The notes beneath the pieces were generated by a model, which saw only the letters and a program-made list of their open reading frames with translations, did not search any database and was not told the origin of the DNA. A DNA stretch of 38,159 nt from Actinomycetota bacterium (lineage in GTDB: Bacteria; Actinomycetota; UBA4738; HRBIN12): NCBI GenBank assembly GCA_036257875.1, contig DATAEV010000219.1, positions 1-38,159 on the forward strand. Reading direction: 5' to 3'. A program made the position numbers and the translations under genes. Shown in pieces: positions 34,881 to 38,159 of the stretch. Numbering within the stretch: the stretch's first letter is position 1; the number at the start of each line of letters is the position of its first letter.

Positions 34881-34940
34881 CTTATCTCATTCCCTTATCT
34901 CATATCGATATATCGGATGAGTATATCGGACCGATATATG
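34881..34940. promoter_or_regulatory. AT-rich promoter/operator array upstream of padR-ino1, built from direct and inverted repeats
   Basis: Direct repeat CTTATCTCAT at 34881-34890 and 34894-34903. Overlapping palindromes ATATCGATAT (34902-34911) and CGATATATCG (34906-34915). Inverted repeat TATATCGG-A-CCGATATA (34922-34938). Minus-strand -10 candidate TATACT (34920-34925), with GTGATA 17 nt upstream. Confidence 0.5.
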
Positions 34941-34987
34941 TCTATCACGGGCGGATGGAGGCTGTCCAGCCGGCCCGCCCGGGTGGC

Positions 34988-35641
34988 TCAGGGCCGGTGC
35001 GGCCGCGCGACGTACAGAGGAACCTCGATCCCGTGCAACAGATCCGGTGACGATTCCGGCGCTCCGGTCCTGGTCTCGAGCGAGAGGAGACCGGCCCAGA
35101 TCGGCAGTTCGAGGTCGGCGCCGTCGTCCTTCGGCGGACCCGTGCGGACCTTCGCGGAGGCTTCCGCGATCGGGATCGCGAACAGGATCGTCTGTTTGAA
35201 TTCGTCAGCCGTCGGCATCCGGGCCTCGGCCTCCCGACCGGGCAGGACGTGATAGGTGATCGCCCGCGCCGCGGTCACGAGCTCGTCAGCGTCGGTCACC
35301 TCGCGGCCGTGTCCGTACAACACGACGCTCCGGTAGTTCATCGAGTGATGGAAGGCGCTCCTCGCGAGGACCAGCGCGTCGACGATGGTGGCGACGACGC
35401 AGACCTCGGCGCCGCCGGCGACCGCCCTCCAGGCGCGGGCTGCGCGCGAGCCGTGCAGGTAGAGCGTGTCGCCCACGCGCGCGTGGATCGTGGGGAGCGC
35501 CCGGGCACGGCCCTCGCCGTCGGTCCAGGCGACATGGCAGATCAGGGCCTCGTCCAAGATCGCCTCGATCGTGTCGCGGTCGTACGCGGCTCGTTCGGGG
35601 AGCCGGTGGACGCGGGCGCGCTCGGTAGGGGCGTCGGGCAT
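34988..35641 (-). CDS. Pyridoxamine 5'-phosphate oxidase-family (FMN/F420-binding split-barrel) protein
   Basis: RLPERAAYDRDTIEAILDEALICHVAW ... LPTIHARVGDTLYLHGS is typical of the Pyridox_ox_2 family. Length 217 aa. Confidence 0.8.
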   Translation of the reverse strand: MPDAPTERARVHRLPERAAYDRDTIEAILDEALICHVAWTDGEGRARALPTIHARVGDTLYLHGSRAARAWRAVAGGAEVCVVATIVDALVLARSAFHHSMNYRSVVLYGHGREVTDADELVTAARAITYHVLPGREAEARMPTADEFKQTILFAIPIAEASAKVRTGPPKDDGADLELPIWAGLLSLETRTGAPESSPDLLHGIEVPLYVARPHRP

Positions 35642-35650
35642 CCCGGGATG

Positions 35651-35881
35651 CTACCCGGCGCCGCTCCCGTGGTGATGCCAGATGCCGTCCCTCAAGAAGT
35701 GCCGGTGTCCCGCATGGAGGTAGTCGACGTGGTCGCCGTGCTCGACGGCCTCGTGGCCGCAGCCGGGACCGTGCTCATGGTCGCCATGCTGCTCGTGCTC
35801 CTCCTCCTCGAGCATGCGTTCCACCTCCGGTTGTTGGAACGCGTCCGGGTCCTGGAAGAAGGACGGTGGGAATTGCCCCAT
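35651..35881 (-). CDS. Small His-rich putative metal-binding protein (13 His and 1 Cys in 76 aa)
   Basis: EEEEHEQHGDHEHGPGCGHEAVEHGDHVDYLHAGHRHFLRDGIWHHHG. Strong SD GGGAGG 7 nt upstream of the ATG. Sits between the ECF transporter genes and the PNPOx gene. Confidence 0.65.
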   Translation of the reverse strand: MGQFPPSFFQDPDAFQQPEVERMLEEEEHEQHGDHEHGPGCGHEAVEHGDHVDYLHAGHRHFLRDGIWHHHGSGAG

Positions 35882-35912
35882 GCGATCGCCTCCCGCTCGG
35901 CTGAGGACCTGG

Positions 35913-36758
35913 TCATACCACGCGCAGCTGCATCCGGCGCGCGGCCCGGTCGAGTGCGGCGAGCACCGGACGGCCGATCGCGAGCACGAGCACGAAGTTC
36001 CCGACGGCGCGGAAGGTGTCCCACGTCAGACCGTCGACCACGTAGAAGCCGAGGTAGTGCCGGACGTTCATCCAGGCGCCGCCTCCCGGGTCCCAGGCCA
36101 GGGCGGAGCCATCGGTGAGGAACGGCCAGAACCAGAGCTCCATGACGAGGCCGTAGAGGTACCCGCTCACGAACCCGAAGGCGGCGAGCCACGCGATCCG
36201 GGTCCGCCACGATGCACCGTGCGGGAGCAGTCCCGCGCCGGCGCCGACCCACCCGACGGCCACCATCTCGAACGGCAGCCAGGGCCCGAGTCCGCCGACG
36301 AAGATCCCGCTCGCGAACATCCCGACGCACCCGAGCAGGAACCCGAACCCCGGCCCGAGGGAGTTGCCCGCCACCAACACGACGATGAACAGCGCGCTGA
36401 AGCCGGCGACGAAGCCCGGGAGCCGGAGCGCGACCATCGCTGCGCCCAGCACACCGAGCAGCGCGACGGTCTTCGGCCCCAGCCCACCCCGACCGAGCTC
36501 GAGGAACAGGAGCGCCAGCAGGATCGCACCGAGGGCGGCCACGATCCACGGTCCGTCCCCTTCGTGGTTCTCGGCCGCGTGGCTCGCGACCGACGGGAGG
36601 ACGAATGGCCAGAGGAAGGCGAGCAGCCCGATCACGTTCGCGAGGACCAGGAGCGCGATCCGCATTCCGGGCACGAGGACCGTGCGTCGTTCGCGGGCCT
36701 CCGCCTCCGTTGAAGGTGCCGCTCGGGTCTCCAGCCTGAGCTCCAACCGGGTGGTCAC
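35913..36758 (-). CDS. Polytopic membrane protein, probable ECF-transporter substrate-specific (S) component
   Basis: About 7-8 TM helices and no EcfT-type Ala-Arg-Gly motifs. GTG start overlaps the stop of the fused ECF ATPase (GTGA), the same order as ykoD-ykoE-type operons. The family assignment is tentative. Confidence 0.5.
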   Translation of the reverse strand: MTTRLELRLETRAAPSTEAEARERRTVLVPGMRIALLVLANVIGLLAFLWPFVLPSVASHAAENHEGDGPWIVAALGAILLALLFLELGRGGLGPKTVALLGVLGAAMVALRLPGFVAGFSALFIVVLVAGNSLGPGFGFLLGCVGMFASGIFVGGLGPWLPFEMVAVGWVGAGAGLLPHGASWRTRIAWLAAFGFVSGYLYGLVMELWFWPFLTDGSALAWDPGGGAWMNVRHYLGFYVVDGLTWDTFRAVGNFVLVLAIGRPVLAALDRAARRMQLRVV

Positions 36759-38159
36759 GTGAGCGCCTCCGCGACCTGCTCAGGGGTGAGCCACCCGGGC
36801 CCGAACACCCGAGTCATCTGGGGGGCGAAGACGCGGGAGTCGCCGAGGACCGATCCCGGGTCGCCGTCCGCGATCATGTCGCCCCCGGCGAGGATCACGA
36901 CGCGCGTCGCGACCGCTGCCGCGAGCTCGACGTCGTGCGTCGCGACGATCGCCGCCCGCCCCCCGACCGCGTGGGCCCGAACGAACCCGATCAGCCGCTC
37001 CTTGGATGCCGGATCGAGCCCACGCGTCGGCTCGTCCAGCGCGAGGAGCGGTGCTCCCGTGGCCGCGACGGCCGCGGTCGCGACCAGCAGCCGCTCTCCG
37101 GCCGACAGATCGCGGGGGTGGCGCGCGGCGAGGCCGGCGATGCCGACGGCGGCCAACCACGGGACGGCGGCGCCCGCCTCGCCGCGCGCCACGAGCGTCG
37201 CCCGGACCTCTTGTTCGACCGAGTCCTTGAACAACAGCTCGTCCGCCTCCTGCGGGCAGAGGGCGACGTCGATCCCCGGACGCGGATCACCACCGAGGAC
37301 GCGCACCCGGCCGCCGGCCGGTTCGTGGATCCCGGCCAGGACGCGCAGCAGCGTCGACTTGCCGGCACCGTTGCGACCCATCACCGCGAGGACCTCGCCC
37401 GCGTGCACATCGAGATCGAGGTCGCGGAGCACCGTCGTCTCGGCGTAGGAGGCGCGGAGGCCTCGGGTCTGCGCGATCACCGACCCATCTCCATCGGCGG
37501 TGTCGGTTGGAGCGGGCGGCGGCAACGCCGGTCGGGGCCCCGCCGACGCGGCGCCGCGAGCCGCGCGCACGGTCAGGGGGAGCGGATGCCACCCGAGCAT
37601 CCGCCCGAGGCGCGTCACCGGCGGCCCGGCGGCAAGGTGACCGATCACGTCGGCCGGGGTCCCGGAGCTGACCCGCCCTCGATCGAACCCGATCGCCACG
37701 TCGACCCATCCGGCGACGCGCTCCAGACGGTGCTCGGCGAGGAGCACCGTCATGCCGTGATCGTGCACGAGCCGCTGGAGCGCGGCCATGACGTCCTCCG
37801 CCCCCTGCGGGTCGAGCTGGGAGGTCGGCTCGTCCAGCACCAGGATCCGGGGGCCGGCCGCGAGGGCCGCCGCGATCGCGACGCGCTGGCGTTCGCCGCC
37901 CGAGAGCGTCCGGACGCTTCGATCGCGCAGGGCGGCGACGTCCAGCAGATCGAGGGTCTCCTCGACCCGCCGTCGCATGTGCGCCGGATCGACCCCCAGG
38001 TTCTCCATCCCGTACGCAAGTTCGTCCTCGACGCGATCGAGCACGAACGAGGCGCCCGGATCCTGCGGGACGAACGCGACGACGTCGGCGAGCCGACGCG
38101 GCGGGTGCGCGAGCGTGTCGCGCCCCTCCACCGAGACGCGCCCGGCGAAGGTCCCGCCG
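36755..38159 (-). CDS. Fused double-ABC ATPase of an ECF-type transporter; N-terminus lies beyond the right edge of the window
   Basis: First domain is seen from the Q-loop onward (LSGGERQRVAIAAAL, ILVLDEPTSQLD). The second domain is complete (GRNGAGKSTLL, LSAGERLLVATAAV, LLALDEPTRGLD). The frame stays open to the window end. Confidence 0.85.
   Translation of the reverse strand, partial: GGTFAGRVSVEGRDTLAHPPRRLADVVAFVPQDPGASFVLDRVEDELAYGMENLGVDPAHMRRRVEETLDLLDVAALRDRSVRTLSGGERQRVAIAAALAAGPRILVLDEPTSQLDPQGAEDVMAALQRLVHDHGMTVLLAEHRLERVAGWVDVAIGFDRGRVSSGTPADVIGHLAAGPPVTRLGRMLGWHPLPLTVRAARGAASAGPRPALPPPAPTDTADGDGSVIAQTRGLRASYAETTVLRDLDLDVHAGEVLAVMGRNGAGKSTLLRVLAGIHEPAGGRVRVLGGDPRPGIDVALCPQEADELLFKDSVEQEVRATLVARGEAGAAVPWLAAVGIAGLAARHPRDLSAGERLLVATAAVAATGAPLLALDEPTRGLDPASKERLIGFVRAHAVGGRAAIVATHDVELAAAVATRVVILAGGDMIADGDPGSVLGDSRVFAPQMTRVFGPGWLTPEQVAEALT

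Noticed and set aside
34878-35252. 124-aa plus-strand ORF starting in the AT-rich padR upstream region ([16 protein letters not shown]...)
   Set aside because: It begins inside the operator repeats and then runs antisense to the PNPOx-family gene. It has no SD and an atypical composition.
1-38159. Search for tRNA, rRNA, CRISPR repeats, IS elements, integrases, phage or defence-system genes
   Set aside because: None recognised. The intergenic regions are short (the longest are 238 and 197 nt) and lack tRNA-like T-loop motifs or regularly spaced repeats. No transposase or recombinase motifs were seen in any convincing ORF.

Overview
High-GC (by eye about 70 %) actinobacterial chromosome segment from the origin-proximal partition region. 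It is very gene-dense, and many starts and stops overlap (ATGA/GTGA). I saw no rRNA, tRNA, CRISPR array, transposase or integrase.

Gene content, left to right:
- 2-3367 (+): jag(partial)-rsmG-parA-parB, with a perfect consensus parS palindrome at 341-356.
- 3364-6799 (-): ddl, a PLP aminotransferase, a PLDc_N mini-protein and an F420-type LLM oxidoreductase.
- 6950-16423 (-): a long cell-envelope/redox cluster: cwlM, trxA, trxB, ZAS anti-sigma, ECF sigma (sigM-like), a TadE/G-like protein, murJ, a DUF6049/Rv3909-like secreted protein, TauE and a NUDIX hydrolase. Its gene order mirrors M. tuberculosis Rv3907c-Rv3920c but carries lineage-specific insertions.
- 16495-19412: an orphan pilT-like ATPase, a small HExxH membrane protein hidden inside a shadow ORF, and the CCA-adding enzyme.
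- 19423-23507 (-): DUF1232, lepB, modCBA and a MerR-HTH/TOBE regulator.
- 23637-26019: a second ECF sigma coupled to a PASTA-domain membrane protein, then a YchF-like ATPase.
- 26312-29812: Ni-SOD sodN and its protease sodX, a matrixin-like metalloprotease, a tusA-like/dsrE-like pair and a SAM methyltransferase.
- 29893-34879: marR plus two MFS transporters, then padR-ino1.
- 34988-38159 (-): a PNPOx-family protein, a 76-aa His-rich protein, and an ECF-type transporter (membrane component plus a fused ATPase that runs off the right edge).

Most interesting observations:
- An unannotated 23-codon ORF ending in CACPC, with a hairpin over its stop codon and an anti-SD, in the 197-nt leader of tusA-dsrE. 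This may be a cysteine-responsive attenuator.
- The ECF sigma/PASTA pair.
- The DUF6049-murJ-TadG-like unit.
- The orphan PilT plus the HExxH membrane protein.
- The His-rich protein attached to the ECF transporter.
- The multi-hairpin sodN 3' region.
- An AT-rich operator array upstream of padR-ino1.

All functional calls come from motif and family recognition by eye. No database search was run.
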